This document shows positions 9,949-20,260 of a stretch of 64,000 nt of DNA, one piece after another. Made by a program: the position numbers and the translations under genes. Every line of letters begins with the position of its first letter. Position 1 is the first letter of the stretch. The notes beneath the pieces were generated by a model. The model saw only the letters and a list, made by a program, of their open reading frames with translations. It ran no database searches and was not told where the DNA came from. The DNA comes from an uncultured Gammaproteobacteria bacterium (lineage in GTDB: Bacteria > Patescibacteriota > Patescibacteriia > Magasanikbacterales > GWA2-37-8): NCBI GenBank assembly GCA_964355175.1, contig CAYHBZ010000002.1:119189-183188 (forward strand), written 5' to 3'.

Positions 9949-9977
9949 GACAAAAGGCGTTTTTTGTGCTATAATAA
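9949..9977 (+). promoter_or_regulatory. consensus sigma70 promoter TTGACA-17-TATAAT (with TGc extended -10)
   Basis: TTGACAaaaggcgttttttgtgcTATAAT lies ~50 nt upstream of the ATG at 10029. Confidence 0.5.
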
Positions 9978-10028
9978 GTACATATTTGGCTAAATTAAGC
10001 TAAATTTATATTTTTAAACTATAAATAT

Positions 10029-10995
10029 ATGGTAGAAGGCAAAGGTGGAAGTTTATTTAAAAAATTAGTTTTAGGTGTTAGCTCACTAGCCGCATTAGGG
10101 GGGGGCACATGAAGTTGGTAAAAGTGCTGGCCACGACAGTGGCTACGAAGCTGGTGAAAAAGCTGGTAAAGCTGCCGGAACCGAGGAAGGTAAAAAAGTT
10201 GGTCTTAAACAAGGTGAAGAAACCGGTAAAAAAACTGGTTTTGCAGAAGGTAAGATAAAAGGAACGGAAGAAGGGAAAACAGCCGCACACGAAGAATTAG
10301 CCAGAGCCGCTGATCCAAAAACTGAACAAGAAAAGAAAGAACAAGAGGCTAAGGAGTCACGGAAGTTTCAAGAAGATCAAGAAAAAACAAAAAAAGGATT
10401 AGATTCTTTGCAGATTAATAAAGGTGAAGAGAAAAATTTTAAAGCTTCAAAAGAAGCGGCCGAAGTTTCCGGAAAAGCATTTGAATTGAAGGTAAAAGAA
10501 GATTTGGGCAGCTATCCAAGTTGGTTGCGGGTTGGAAATAGTCATGAAATTGATAATTCTGCTGATGTAATCATCTCAATGACGCAGACTGAATCGGGTC
10601 TGAAGTTAGTTAGAGAAAAAGTGAGGGCGGATAAAGATTTTAAAGTAGTGTTTGAAAAATTATTTGAAAGACTTTCTAATTTAAGAGATAAAATTAGCCA
10701 AGATGGAAATAACCTAGAAGATGGAGAGGTTTTATATATAGAGGATAAAGATTCGTGGATGAATCTTGACTCAGAAGAAGACGAAAAAGGCCATGTGACC
10801 TATTCGGAAACAATTCAAAATTACAACGAAGCAACAGGAGAAACAAAAGAAGAAGTTAAAGTTATTACTGAAAAAGAAAATGATCGAAGATGGAAAATCT
10901 ATAATAAGGAAAAAGATAATGAGGTGAAAAGGAAACAGGAAAAAGTAAATATTTTAGCTAAAGTTTTAGCCGAGAATGTTGTAGAGGTAAAATAA
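10029..10995 (+). CDS. K/E/G-rich low-complexity repeat protein with N-terminal signal/TM; reading frame interrupted at a G8 homopolymer (10098-10105)
   Basis: ATG at 10029 encodes MVEGKGGSLFKKLVLGVSSLAALGGG and then hits TGA at 10110. A long stop-free frame (10099..10995; ..EAGEKAGKAAGTEEGKKVGLKQGEETGKK..) becomes contiguous if the G tract has 7 rather than 8 G. The ORF-track call 10408..10995 is the TTG-initiated tail of this frame. Confidence 0.5.
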
Positions 10996-11104
10996 CTAAT
11001 AAAAAAGAGCGGTCAGGGCCGTTCTTTTTGTATTTGTCATGGGATTGTTTTTTTGGTAAGATTGTACACAGTTGTATTAGTTTATTTTTATTGTCATAAT
11101 TTTT

Positions 11105-11974
11105 ATGTCAGCAGATAAATACACTGCCGTGTGGGTATCCCACACCTCCATCTCAGATTTTCTAAAATGTCCTCGCGCTTATTTTTTGAAGAATGTTTAT
11201 CGCGATCCATCTACGCGTCACAAAATAAAATTAATGACGCCGGCTTTGGCGCTGGGACAAGCAGTGCATGAGGTGTTGGAATCTCTTTCTCAATTACAAC
11301 GCGGCGCTCGCTTCAATGAGCCGTTGCCGGTAAAATTTGACCGTGCTTGGGAAAAAGTAAAAGGTGAAAAAGGTGGATTTCCCAACGATGAAGTAGAATA
11401 CAAATATAAAAAACGCGGCTTGGATATGCTCGCGCGCGTCTATAATCATCCGGGGCCAATAAATAATTTGTCCGTAAAAATTCAGATGGATCTGCCGTAC
11501 TATTGGCTGTCTGAAGAAGAAAATATTATTTTGTGTGGCAAAGTAGATTGGCTCGAATATCTGCCGGACACCGACAGTGTTCACATTATTGATTTTAAAA
11601 CCGGTAAAATTCAGGAAGAAGAAAGTTCGTTGCAGCTCCCAATTTATAGTTTGCTTGTTTCCAATTGTCAGAAAAGAAAAACTACCAAAGCTAGTTATTG
11701 GTATTTAGGTGACAGCGACGCTCTCACCGAAAAAACTTTACCTGATGTGTCGGATGCGGAAAAGAAAATTCTTGATATTGCCAGACAGATAAAAGTGGCG
11801 CGCCAAATTAACAGATTTAAATGTCCACAAGACGCGGACGGATGTTTTGCTTGTCGCCCGTTTGAAGCTATTTTAAAACGAGAAGCCAAATTGGTGGGTC
11901 AGGATGAATATGGCGCGGATATTTACATCATCGATAAAACGGAAGCAGAAAATCGTGAAGGTGAAATTTTATAA
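11105..11974 (+). CDS. PD-(D/E)XK nuclease superfamily protein, Cas4/RecB-like with 4-Cys cluster
   Basis: Core HIIDFKTGK (D..E/D-x-K). N-terminal Cys in LKCPRAYF plus C-terminal CPQDADGCFACRP is the Cas4/AddB-type Fe-S Cys arrangement. Confidence 0.7.
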   Translation: MSADKYTAVWVSHTSISDFLKCPRAYFLKNVYRDPSTRHKIKLMTPALALGQAVHEVLESLSQLQRGARFNEPLPVKFDRAWEKVKGEKGGFPNDEVEYKYKKRGLDMLARVYNHPGPINNLSVKIQMDLPYYWLSEEENIILCGKVDWLEYLPDTDSVHIIDFKTGKIQEEESSLQLPIYSLLVSNCQKRKTTKASYWYLGDSDALTEKTLPDVSDAEKKILDIARQIKVARQINRFKCPQDADGCFACRPFEAILKREAKLVGQDEYGADIYIIDKTEAENREGEIL

Positions 11975-11975
11975 T

Positions 11976-12407
11976 ATGAATTTTTTAGGATATATTTTCG
12001 CGATTGGCGCGGCCGTTGCTTGGGGGATGGTATATACGCTAGATCAAAAAATAATGGACAAAGTTTCTCCGCTCAGTCTACTATTTTTTTCTTATGTTGT
12101 CTCGACCTTAATAGTTTTGCCGTTGATGTTTTTGGAAAAAGGGTCGTTTCAGTCAATCATTACTTCGGGAAAGAATAATTTAGGTTTATTGTTTATTTCT
12201 ACTTTTCTCACAATCTTGGCCAGTTTTTTGATTTTAAGCAGTGTTAAGATTTTGCATGCTCCGACCGCTTCGGTGCTGGAGATCTCATATCCGCTATTTG
12301 TCACCCTTTTTGCCTTTTTACTATATAATGAGGTTATCACCTGGCAGTTTGTGCTAGGGGCAGTATTGGTTTTTTCCGGGACGGCTATTATTATCCGCTT
12401 TCATTAG
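11976..12407 (+). CDS. EamA/DMT-superfamily half-size membrane transporter
   Basis: Four to five TM helices with an EamA-like pattern. Start placed at the ATG immediately after the upstream stop, in the same frame as track ORF 11904..12407. Confidence 0.55.
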   Translation: MNFLGYIFAIGAAVAWGMVYTLDQKIMDKVSPLSLLFFSYVVSTLIVLPLMFLEKGSFQSIITSGKNNLGLLFISTFLTILASFLILSSVKILHAPTASVLEISYPLFVTLFAFLLYNEVITWQFVLGAVLVFSGTAIIIRFH

Positions 12408-12807
12408 CTCTATATTTAAACAAAAATGTGGATAACTTTGCGCTAAAATCAGCATAAAATTGTACTTTTTGGCTAATATAAGGCAAAAGACGGTAAAATG
12501 CTTGACAAAATCTAGTCACCTCGCTCCATTTGACAAATCTTTCTTTTTATTGTACTATTTAGAAACTTTCAAAAGCGTGGATCGCACCCAAGAAAAGCGC
12601 TAAGATAAGCAAAAAAGTGGCGTTTATTTGACAAAATAAACTACTACTTGCAAGGAAAATCAATAAAACATTTTTCATGTCAACCTTGCGTTTTTTCGCT
12701 AAAATATAACAAAAAAGCTCAAAGGACCTGTTATTTTGGTACTTTTTTTGTTTGCATTTTTCAAAAATTATTTATTTTTTTAACATTTTTTAAATAAATT
12801 TCCTTTT

Positions 12808-15800
12808 ATGCCTATATTCAAGCGCCAAGCTCTCAAGGAAAAGGATAGAAAGTTTTTTACAAAAGTAAAAAACGCTATTCCGCTTCCTAACTTGATTGAG
12901 ATCCAAACGGACTCTTACAATTGGTTTACCAAAATTGGTATCAAAGAATTGTTTGAAGAAGTTTCTCCAATCACTGATTTCTCCGGACGTAATTTGGAAT
13001 TGTATTTAGAAGATTATTATTTGGACGAACCGCGCTTCGATGAAGTGACTTGTAAGAAACGAAATGTTTCTTATGAAGCTCCTTTGCGTATTACTGCTCG
13101 TCTTTTGAATAAAAATACCAAACAGAGTAAATCTCAAGAAATTTATTTGGGTGATATCCCAATGATGACACAGCGCGGTACTTTCATTGTGAATGGTATC
13201 GAACGCGTAATTGTATCTCAGCTTATCCGCTCTGCCGGTGCATTCTTTACTGCGGAAAATGTTCGTGGTCGCCGCTACTACGGTGCCAAAATTATTCCAA
13301 ATCGCGGTGCATGGCTTGAAATTGAAACTGACCAGAATAACGCACTGTGGGTAAAAGTAGATCGCAAACGTAAAGTCGCCGTAACATCTTTGTTGCGTGC
13401 TTTTGGCGTTGAAAGTGATGAAGAAATTATTGCCGCTTTCAAAAAAGTAAATACTCATCCAACTATTGATTTCATCGACGCCACTTTGAAAAAAGATTTA
13501 GCCAAGAATATGGATGAAGGTTTAATAGAAGTTTACAAACGTATTCGTCCGGGTGATTTGGCTACTCCAGATAATGCCAAAGGTTTAATCCACGCCATGT
13601 TCTTTAATTTTGAACGCTATGATTTGGGACGCGTGGGTGTTTACAAATTCAACAACAAGTTTGATGTGGAGTCCAAACCGGAAGATTATGACAACAAAGA
13701 AAATCGCGTGTTGTCTTCCGAAAAATTAATCGCGGTAATTTCCGAAATTATTCGCCTCAATGTGACTCAAGAAGAACCGGATGATGTAGATCATTTGGGT
13801 AATCGTCGTATCCGCGCTGTGGGTGAATTGGTACAGAATAGATTCCGCGTGGGTCTGGCTCGTATGGAACGTATCGTGAAAGATCGTATGAGTACCTATG
13901 ATGTAGAACAGCTCGTACCAAACAAAGTAATCAATGCTCGTCCGGTAATGAGTGCCATTCGTGAATTCTTTATGAGTTCTCAGATGTCTCAGTTCATGGA
14001 TCAACACAACCCATTATCTGAACTCGAACACAAACGCCGTTTGTCCGCACTTGGACCTGGTGGTTTGTCTCGTGATCGCGCCAGTTTTGAAGTGCGTGAT
14101 GTGCATACTACTCACTACGGTCGTATTTGTCCGATTGCTACACCGGAAGGACCGAATATCGGTTTGGTAAACCACCTTTCCAGTTTTGCTCGTATCAATG
14201 AATTTGGTTTTATTGAAACTGCTTATAAGAAAATTTTGCGTGAAGTAAAAAATGACGCCTCTCTCACTGAGGGTGAAATTTTACGTGGCGATGTTGGTGG
14301 CTTTAAAGATGGTACCGCTATCACCAAAGAAGTCGCTGTTAAATTGGCCAAAGAAAAATTAGCTTCTATCACCGTTAAATCCCGCGTGACTAATGAAGTA
14401 GTTTATTTGAGCGCTTTTAAAGAAGAAAAATATCTCACTGCTTCTGCTCGTACTCGCGTGGATGAAAAGGGTTACTTCCTCGATGAACGCGTACCAGCTC
14501 GTGTAAATGCCAAACCAGGTAATGCTCGCACTGAAGATTTGGATTTCATCGATGTTGGTAGTGCTCAGATTGTAAGTATTGCTACCTCCTGTATTCCATT
14601 CCTCGAACACGATGATGCTACCCGCGCTTTGATGGGTACAAACATGCAGAGACAAGCCGTACCATGTATTCGTCCAGAGGCTCCTTTGGTCGGTACCGGT
14701 GTGGAACACGAAGCCGCTAAATATTCCGGCCAGGTTGTGATTGCTCCGGAAGATGGCGAGATCGTAGAATGTGATGGTGGTCATATCGTACTCAAAGGTA
14801 AAAAAGATACTTATACTTATCAATTAAATAAATTCGTTCGCGCCAACGCCGCCACTTGTATCAACCAACATCCGACAGTGGTGGTTGGTGAGAAAATAAA
14901 AAAGGGTCAGATCATCAGTAATGGCCCAAGTATTGCCGACGGTGAGTTGGCACTTGGCCAGAACATGTTGGTCGCCTATATGGCTTGGGATGGTTTCAAC
15001 TATGAAGATGCCGTGATTCTTTCCGAGCGCGTAGTGCACAAAGATCGCTACACTTCTATTCATATTGAAGACTATACTATTGATGTTCGTGAAACTAAAC
15101 TTGGACCGGAAGTAGTGACTTCTGATATCCCAAATGTTTCTGAAGAAAAATTAAAGAATCTAGATTCCGAAGGTATTGTCCGTGTTGGTGCCGAAGTAAA
15201 ATCCGGTGATATTTTGGTGGGTAAAATTACTCCAAAAGGTGAAACTGAATTATCCGCGGAAGAAAGATTGTTGCGCGCCATCTTTGGTGAAAAAGCTCGT
15301 GATGTTCGTGATTCTTCTATGTATCTTGAACACGGTGAACACGGTAAAGTAATTGGCATCCAAGTATTTTCCGAAGAAGCCGGTGATAAACTCGAACCAG
15401 GTGTTATCAAAGAGGTACAGGTTAAAGTGGCTGATATGCGTAAAATTCAGGTGGGTGATAAAATGGCCGGTCGCCATGGTAACAAAGGTGTTATTTCCAA
15501 AGTTGTACCTTCTGAAGATATGCCGTTCCTTGAAGATGGTACTCCTATTGATATTATTCTTTCCCCACTTGGTGTTATCTCCCGTATGAACTTGGGTCAG
15601 TTGCTTGAAACTCATTTGGGTTTAGCGGCCAATGCTTTGGGATATAAAGTAGCTACTCCAGTGCTTGATGGTTTGACCGAAGATCAAATTTACGCTGAAT
15701 TGAAAAAAGCCGGTTTGCCAGTTTCTGGTCAGGCTCAGCTTTATGATGGTCGTACCGGTGAACCATTTGATTACCACACTACTATTGGTTACAACTACAT

Positions 15801-16248
15801 GCTGAAGTTGAACCACATGGTAGAAGATAAAATTCACCAACGCAGTATTGGTCCTTACAGTCTTATCACTCAGCAGCCGCTTGGTGGTAAAGCTCAGTTT
15901 GGTGGTCAGAGATTTGGTGAAATGGAAGTTTGGGCTCTGGAAGCTTATGGTGCCGCTCATACTCTGCAAGAAATCCTCACTATTAAATCCGATGATGTTC
16001 CTGGTCGCTCCAAAGCTTATGAAGCGATTATTAAAGGTGAGCCAATTACTCGTGTAAATATTCCTGAATCATTCAACGTATTGGTTCGTGAAATTAAAGG
16101 TCTTGGTCTTGAAGTGGAATTATTGAAGAAAACAGCTTCTGGAGAATTTCGTCCAATGGAAGAAGTGAAAGCTGAAGAAGAATTGCAGAATAAGAAAAAC
16201 GAAAACGCGCTCAACGATATGGGTGGCGTAAGTGAAAATAATCAATAA
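12808..16248 (+). CDS. rpoB: DNA-directed RNA polymerase subunit beta
   Basis: 1146 aa with all RpoB conserved blocks, for example GDKMAGRHGNKGVISK and NGERVIVSQL. Confidence 0.97.
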   Translation: MPIFKRQALKEKDRKFFTKVKNAIPLPNLIEIQTDSYNWFTKIGIKELFEEVSPITDFSGRNLELYLEDYYLDEPRFDEVTCKKRNVSYEAPLRITARLLNKNTKQSKSQEIYLGDIPMMTQRGTFIVNGIERVIVSQLIRSAGAFFTAENVRGRRYYGAKIIPNRGAWLEIETDQNNALWVKVDRKRKVAVTSLLRAFGVESDEEIIAAFKKVNTHPTIDFIDATLKKDLAKNMDEGLIEVYKRIRPGDLATPDNAKGLIHAMFFNFERYDLGRVGVYKFNNKFDVESKPEDYDNKENRVLSSEKLIAVISEIIRLNVTQEEPDDVDHLGNRRIRAVGELVQNRFRVGLARMERIVKDRMSTYDVEQLVPNKVINARPVMSAIREFFMSSQMSQFMDQHNPLSELEHKRRLSALGPGGLSRDRASFEVRDVHTTHYGRICPIATPEGPNIGLVNHLSSFARINEFGFIETAYKKILREVKNDASLTEGEILRGDVGGFKDGTAITKEVAVKLAKEKLASITVKSRVTNEVVYLSAFKEEKYLTASARTRVDEKGYFLDERVPARVNAKPGNARTEDLDFIDVGSAQIVSIATSCIPFLEHDDATRALMGTNMQRQAVPCIRPEAPLVGTGVEHEAAKYSGQVVIAPEDGEIVECDGGHIVLKGKKDTYTYQLNKFVRANAATCINQHPTVVVGEKIKKGQIISNGPSIADGELALGQNMLVAYMAWDGFNYEDAVILSERVVHKDRYTSIHIEDYTIDVRETKLGPEVVTSDIPNVSEEKLKNLDSEGIVRVGAEVKSGDILVGKITPKGETELSAEERLLRAIFGEKARDVRDSSMYLEHGEHGKVIGIQVFSEEAGDKLEPGVIKEVQVKVADMRKIQVGDKMAGRHGNKGVISKVVPSEDMPFLEDGTPIDIILSPLGVISRMNLGQLLETHLGLAANALGYKVATPVLDGLTEDQIYAELKKAGLPVSGQAQLYDGRTGEPFDYHTTIGYNYMLKLNHMVEDKIHQRSIGPYSLITQQPLGGKAQFGGQRFGEMEVWALEAYGAAHTLQEILTIKSDDVPGRSKAYEAIIKGEPITRVNIPESFNVLVREIKGLGLEVELLKKTASGEFRPMEEVKAEEELQNKKNENALNDMGGVSENNQ

Positions 16249-16259
16249 TTTCTTCCTAT

Positions 16260-19200
16260 ATGCAAAAAGATTCTTTAAGAAACACTGATTTTGACGCGAT
16301 TCGCTTGCGTCTCGCTTCGCCTGAAACCATTCGTGGTTGGTCTTTTGGTGAAGTCAACAAACCGGAAACAATTAACTACCGTACTCAGAAGCCGGAAAAA
16401 GGTGGTTTGTTTGCCGAAGAAATCTTTGGGCCTACCAAAGATTGGGAATGTTACTGTGGTAAATACAAAAAAATTCGTTACAAAGGAATTGTCTGTGACA
16501 AATGTGGAGTAGAAGTTACTACTTCGCTCGTACGTCGTGAACGTATGGGTCACATTGAGCTCGCTGCTCCGGTAGCTCATATTTGGTTCTTGCGTTCCGT
16601 GCCTTCCAAGGTTGGTTTAATTTTGGATGTGCCGGTACAAGCTTTGGAAAAAGTAATTTACTTTGCTTCTTTTATTGTGTCGCATGTTGATGATGCCGGT
16701 AAAAAATTGGCTTCTGATCAAATGCGTCAGGAATATAAAACTAAGAAGAAACAAATCGAGCAGGAAGGCGAAGCCGCTTTGAAAAAAGGTAATGATGAAA
16801 AAGCTTCCGCCTCTGCTCTAGAAAAAATTCAGCAAGAAACTGAACGTAAAGTTTTGGCTTTGGAACAAGATTTCACAGCTGCTGAAAAAGAACTCAAAGA
16901 ATTGCAGGTGCTCAAAATTTTATCGGAAAATCGTTATCAGGAATTGTCTTTGCGTTTTGGTCATTTGTTTGAAGCTGGTATTGGTGCGGAAGCAGTTTAC
17001 GGATTGCTGGAAAGAATTAATATCGAAGAAACTATCAAACAGATTGCTGATGAACAGACTACTTCCAAAGGTACAAAATTGGAACGTCTGATTCGCCGCC
17101 GTAAACTTCTCAACAGTTTGCGCATTAACAAGATTCGTCCAGAATGGACAATCATGAAATGTATTCCAGTTATTCCTCCAGATTTGCGTCCGATGGTAGC
17201 TCTCGACGGCGGTCGTTTTGCTACTTCCGATTTGAATGATCTTTATCGTCGTGTTATCAACCGCAACAATCGTTTGCGTCGTTTGCTTGAACTGGATGCT
17301 CCAGAAGTTATTTGTCGCAACGAAAAACGTATGTTGCAAGAAGCTGTCGATGCTTTGATCGACAATAATGCTCGTCATAGTAAAACCGTTTTGGCCGCTA
17401 CCGGTCAAAAACGTCAGTTGCGTTCCTTGGCTGATATTCTCAAAGGTAAACAAGGTCGTTTCCGTCAGAACTTGCTCGGTAAACGTGTTGACTATTCCGG
17501 TCGTAGCGTTATCGTCGTAGGTCCTCAACTTAATATTGATGAATGCGGTTTGCCAAAACGTATGGCTTTGGAATTGTTCAAACCATTTATCATGGGTGAA
17601 ATTATTAAACGTGAATTGGCTCACAATGTCCGCTCTGCTTCTCGCTATATTGAAGCGGAGCATGACGAAGTATGGGACATCTTGGAAGAGCTTACTCAAA
17701 CTACTCGCGTATTTTTGAATCGTGCTCCTACCTTGCATCGTCTTGGTATTCAGGCTTTTCATCCGCGCCTCGTAGAAGGTAAAGCTATTCAATTGCATCC
17801 GCTTACTTGTACTGCTTTTAACGCCGACTTTGATGGTGACCAAATGGCCGTCCATTTGCCGCTCACTGCCGAAGCTCGCTGGGAAGCTGACAATCTCATG
17901 GCTGCGGAAAAGAATTTGCTCAAACCAGCGACTGGTCAGCCGGTAATTACTCCAAAACAGGATATTGCTTTGGGATGTTTTTATCTCACTCACCACAAGA
18001 GTACTGATACCGCTCCAGTAAAAAGATATTTCTCTTCTCCTGCCGAAGCCAAATTGGCTTACAAGATTCGCAATATTACTTTGCACGAAAGAATTAAAAT
18101 TCGTTTTACTCCGGAAGAAATGGCCGGTAAATTCCCAGAAGGAACTGATAAATTAATTGAAACTTCTTTGGGACGTATTTTGTTCAATGAAATTTTGCCA
18201 CCAAAAATCTCTTTCTACAATGACACTATTACCGTTAAGAAATTAGCGGAAATTATTCACTTGTGTTTGGAATTTTATGGTCAGCAAGAAACCGCTTACT
18301 TCTTGGATGAATTGAAAAATCTTGGTTACCGCTATGTTACTAAATCCGGTTACTCTCTTGGTGCTTCAGATTTTCCAAAGATTGAGGAAAAACCAGCTTT
18401 GATCGCTGTTGCCGATAAACAGATTGTAGAAGTAGAAGAACAGTATCAAGAAGGTTTGCTTACTCAAGCAGAACGTCACGCGAAAATTCTGGAAATTTGG
18501 ACCGCTACCAAAGATAAAATTATTGCTAACAACCAACAGACTTTGGATAAAAACGGTCCAGTATACGCCATGATCGAATCCGGTGCGCGTGGTACTTGGG
18601 GTCAGCTTGGTCAGGTTATCGGTATGAAAGGTTTGGTAGTGTCCCCATCTGGTGATATTATCGAATTGCCGGTAAAAGGAAACTTCAAAGAAGGTTTCGA
18701 TGTGCTTGAATACTTTATTTCCTCTCACGGTACTCGTAAAGGTTTGTCCGATACGGCTTTGCGTACCGCTAACGCCGGTTACTTGACTCGTCGTTTGGTA
18801 GATGTGGCACAGGATGTAGTGGTACTCGAAGAAGAATGTGGTGATACTACCGGTGAAATCTTCTCAATCGCTCAATCCAAAGAAATGGGTGAAAAATTAT
18901 CCGATCGTGTTTGGGGTCGCTATACTTTGGCCGATATTAAAGTAGACGGTGAAGTAGTCGTAGAAAAAGGCGGCGTGATCGATGGTAAAATTACTCGTTT
19001 GGTAGATGAAAATAAAGTGGATAATATCCATGTACGCAGTGTGCTACAATGTAAATTACCAAAAGGTGTGTGCCGCAAATGTTATGGGTTCGACTTGGCC
19101 CACAACAAACCGGTAGAATTTGGTACCGCTGTAGGTATTATCGCCGCTCAATCTCTAGGTGAACCTGGTACTCAGCTTACTTTGCGTACCTTCCACTCTG

Positions 19201-20141
19201 GTGGTGTAGCCGGTGGTGATATCACCCAAGGTTTGCCTCGTGTAGAAGAATTGTTTGAATGTCGTCCTCCAAAACGTAAAGCAGTGTTGTCTGAAGTAGA
19301 CGGTACTGTGGAAATTGAAGATGCGGATGGTAAGATTGTTACTTCTTCTACCGGTAAGAAAATATTTGAAGGCCGCCGCGGTCAGAAGATCGTGAAGGTG
19401 CATTTCGAAGGTATGGATGAAATGAAATTGAAGTTTGATAGCGGTGATGAAGTGATGGTAAAAGATGGCGATCAAGTATTGCCAGAACAAACCATCTTGG
19501 TTCGTGGTACATCTGGTGAAGAGATCAAAGCTAAATATGAAACCAAGGTGAAGATTGTGAAAAACAATATGACCCTTTCATATGTTGGTCCAAAAATTCG
19601 CGAATATATCATCCCGTTAGGTTATAAATTGTATGTCAAAGAGGGTGATAAGGTAGTGAAAGGTCAGATCATGACCGACGGTAGTATTAATTTGCAGGAA
19701 TTATTTGAACTATCCGGTCGTCCAGCTGTACAGCGCTATATCTTACAAGAAGTACAGAACATCTATTCTTCTCAAGGTCAGAAAGTAAATGACAAACATG
19801 TAGAGTTGCTTATTTGTCAGATGTTTAGTCGCGTACAGATCGAAGAAGCCGGTGATACTGAATTATTGCCAGGTGAAATCGTAGAAAAAGCTCAGATCAG
19901 ATATGCCAACCTATTGGCCAACAAGAATAAAGGCAAAGAGGCTACCTTCAAAGAATTGCTCTTTGGTGTCAGCCGCGTATCGCTCTCTACTCAGAGCTTC
20001 CTCTCCGCCGCTTCCTTCCAGGAAACAGCCAAGGTGTTGATCAATACTGCTCTTACCGGCAAGATCGATTACCTCGAGGGTCTCAAAGAGAATGTGATTA
20101 TTGGTCGTTTGATTCCAGCTGGTACTGGTTTCAAGAAATAA
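16260..20141 (+). CDS. rpoC: DNA-directed RNA polymerase subunit beta'
   Basis: 1293 aa. Zn-binding CYCGKY..CDKCGV, catalytic NADFDGDQMAVH, and bridge helix and trigger loop regions. Confidence 0.97.
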   Translation: MQKDSLRNTDFDAIRLRLASPETIRGWSFGEVNKPETINYRTQKPEKGGLFAEEIFGPTKDWECYCGKYKKIRYKGIVCDKCGVEVTTSLVRRERMGHIELAAPVAHIWFLRSVPSKVGLILDVPVQALEKVIYFASFIVSHVDDAGKKLASDQMRQEYKTKKKQIEQEGEAALKKGNDEKASASALEKIQQETERKVLALEQDFTAAEKELKELQVLKILSENRYQELSLRFGHLFEAGIGAEAVYGLLERINIEETIKQIADEQTTSKGTKLERLIRRRKLLNSLRINKIRPEWTIMKCIPVIPPDLRPMVALDGGRFATSDLNDLYRRVINRNNRLRRLLELDAPEVICRNEKRMLQEAVDALIDNNARHSKTVLAATGQKRQLRSLADILKGKQGRFRQNLLGKRVDYSGRSVIVVGPQLNIDECGLPKRMALELFKPFIMGEIIKRELAHNVRSASRYIEAEHDEVWDILEELTQTTRVFLNRAPTLHRLGIQAFHPRLVEGKAIQLHPLTCTAFNADFDGDQMAVHLPLTAEARWEADNLMAAEKNLLKPATGQPVITPKQDIALGCFYLTHHKSTDTAPVKRYFSSPAEAKLAYKIRNITLHERIKIRFTPEEMAGKFPEGTDKLIETSLGRILFNEILPPKISFYNDTITVKKLAEIIHLCLEFYGQQETAYFLDELKNLGYRYVTKSGYSLGASDFPKIEEKPALIAVADKQIVEVEEQYQEGLLTQAERHAKILEIWTATKDKIIANNQQTLDKNGPVYAMIESGARGTWGQLGQVIGMKGLVVSPSGDIIELPVKGNFKEGFDVLEYFISSHGTRKGLSDTALRTANAGYLTRRLVDVAQDVVVLEEECGDTTGEIFSIAQSKEMGEKLSDRVWGRYTLADIKVDGEVVVEKGGVIDGKITRLVDENKVDNIHVRSVLQCKLPKGVCRKCYGFDLAHNKPVEFGTAVGIIAAQSLGEPGTQLTLRTFHSGGVAGGDITQGLPRVEELFECRPPKRKAVLSEVDGTVEIEDADGKIVTSSTGKKIFEGRRGQKIVKVHFEGMDEMKLKFDSGDEVMVKDGDQVLPEQTILVRGTSGEEIKAKYETKVKIVKNNMTLSYVGPKIREYIIPLGYKLYVKEGDKVVKGQIMTDGSINLQELFELSGRPAVQRYILQEVQNIYSSQGQKVNDKHVELLICQMFSRVQIEEAGDTELLPGEIVEKAQIRYANLLANKNKGKEATFKELLFGVSRVSLSTQSFLSAASFQETAKVLINTALTGKIDYLEGLKENVIIGRLIPAGTGFKK

Positions 20142-20153
20142 GATTTTTCAAAA

Positions 20154-20181
20154 CACCCCGACTCAATCGGGGTGTTTTTTT
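20154..20181 (+). terminator. rho-independent terminator after rpoC
   Basis: CACCCCGACTCAATCGGGGTG followed by TTTTTTT. Confidence 0.7.
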
Positions 20182-20184
20182 GTT

Positions 20185-20211
20185 GTCATCCTGAGCAAAG
20201 CGAAGGATCCC
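20185..20211. repeat. GTCATCC..GGATC intergenic repeat, copy a
   Basis: GTCATCCTGAGCAAAGCGAAGGATCCC. Related to the copies at 21185, 23339/23381 and 34304. Confidence 0.4.
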
Positions 20212-20260
20212 TTCATGCGCTTGATTTTTGGTTAATATATGTTAAAATTATGTTATTATC

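Noticed and set aside
10109-10258. 49-aa Lys-rich amphipathic peptide MKLVKVLATTVATKLVKKLVK.. in frame 2
   Set aside because: It is the alternative reading frame of the same low-complexity repeat. The 300-aa stop-free frame 1 is far more likely to be the real product. Kept only as the possible G9 phase-variant outcome.
16920-18086. 388-aa antisense ORF inside rpoC, and other antisense ORFs within rpoB/rpoC/nrdJ/gyrA
   Set aside because: They lie opposite strongly conserved coding frames. Such ORFs typically arise because low-GC coding DNA is stop-poor on the antisense strand.
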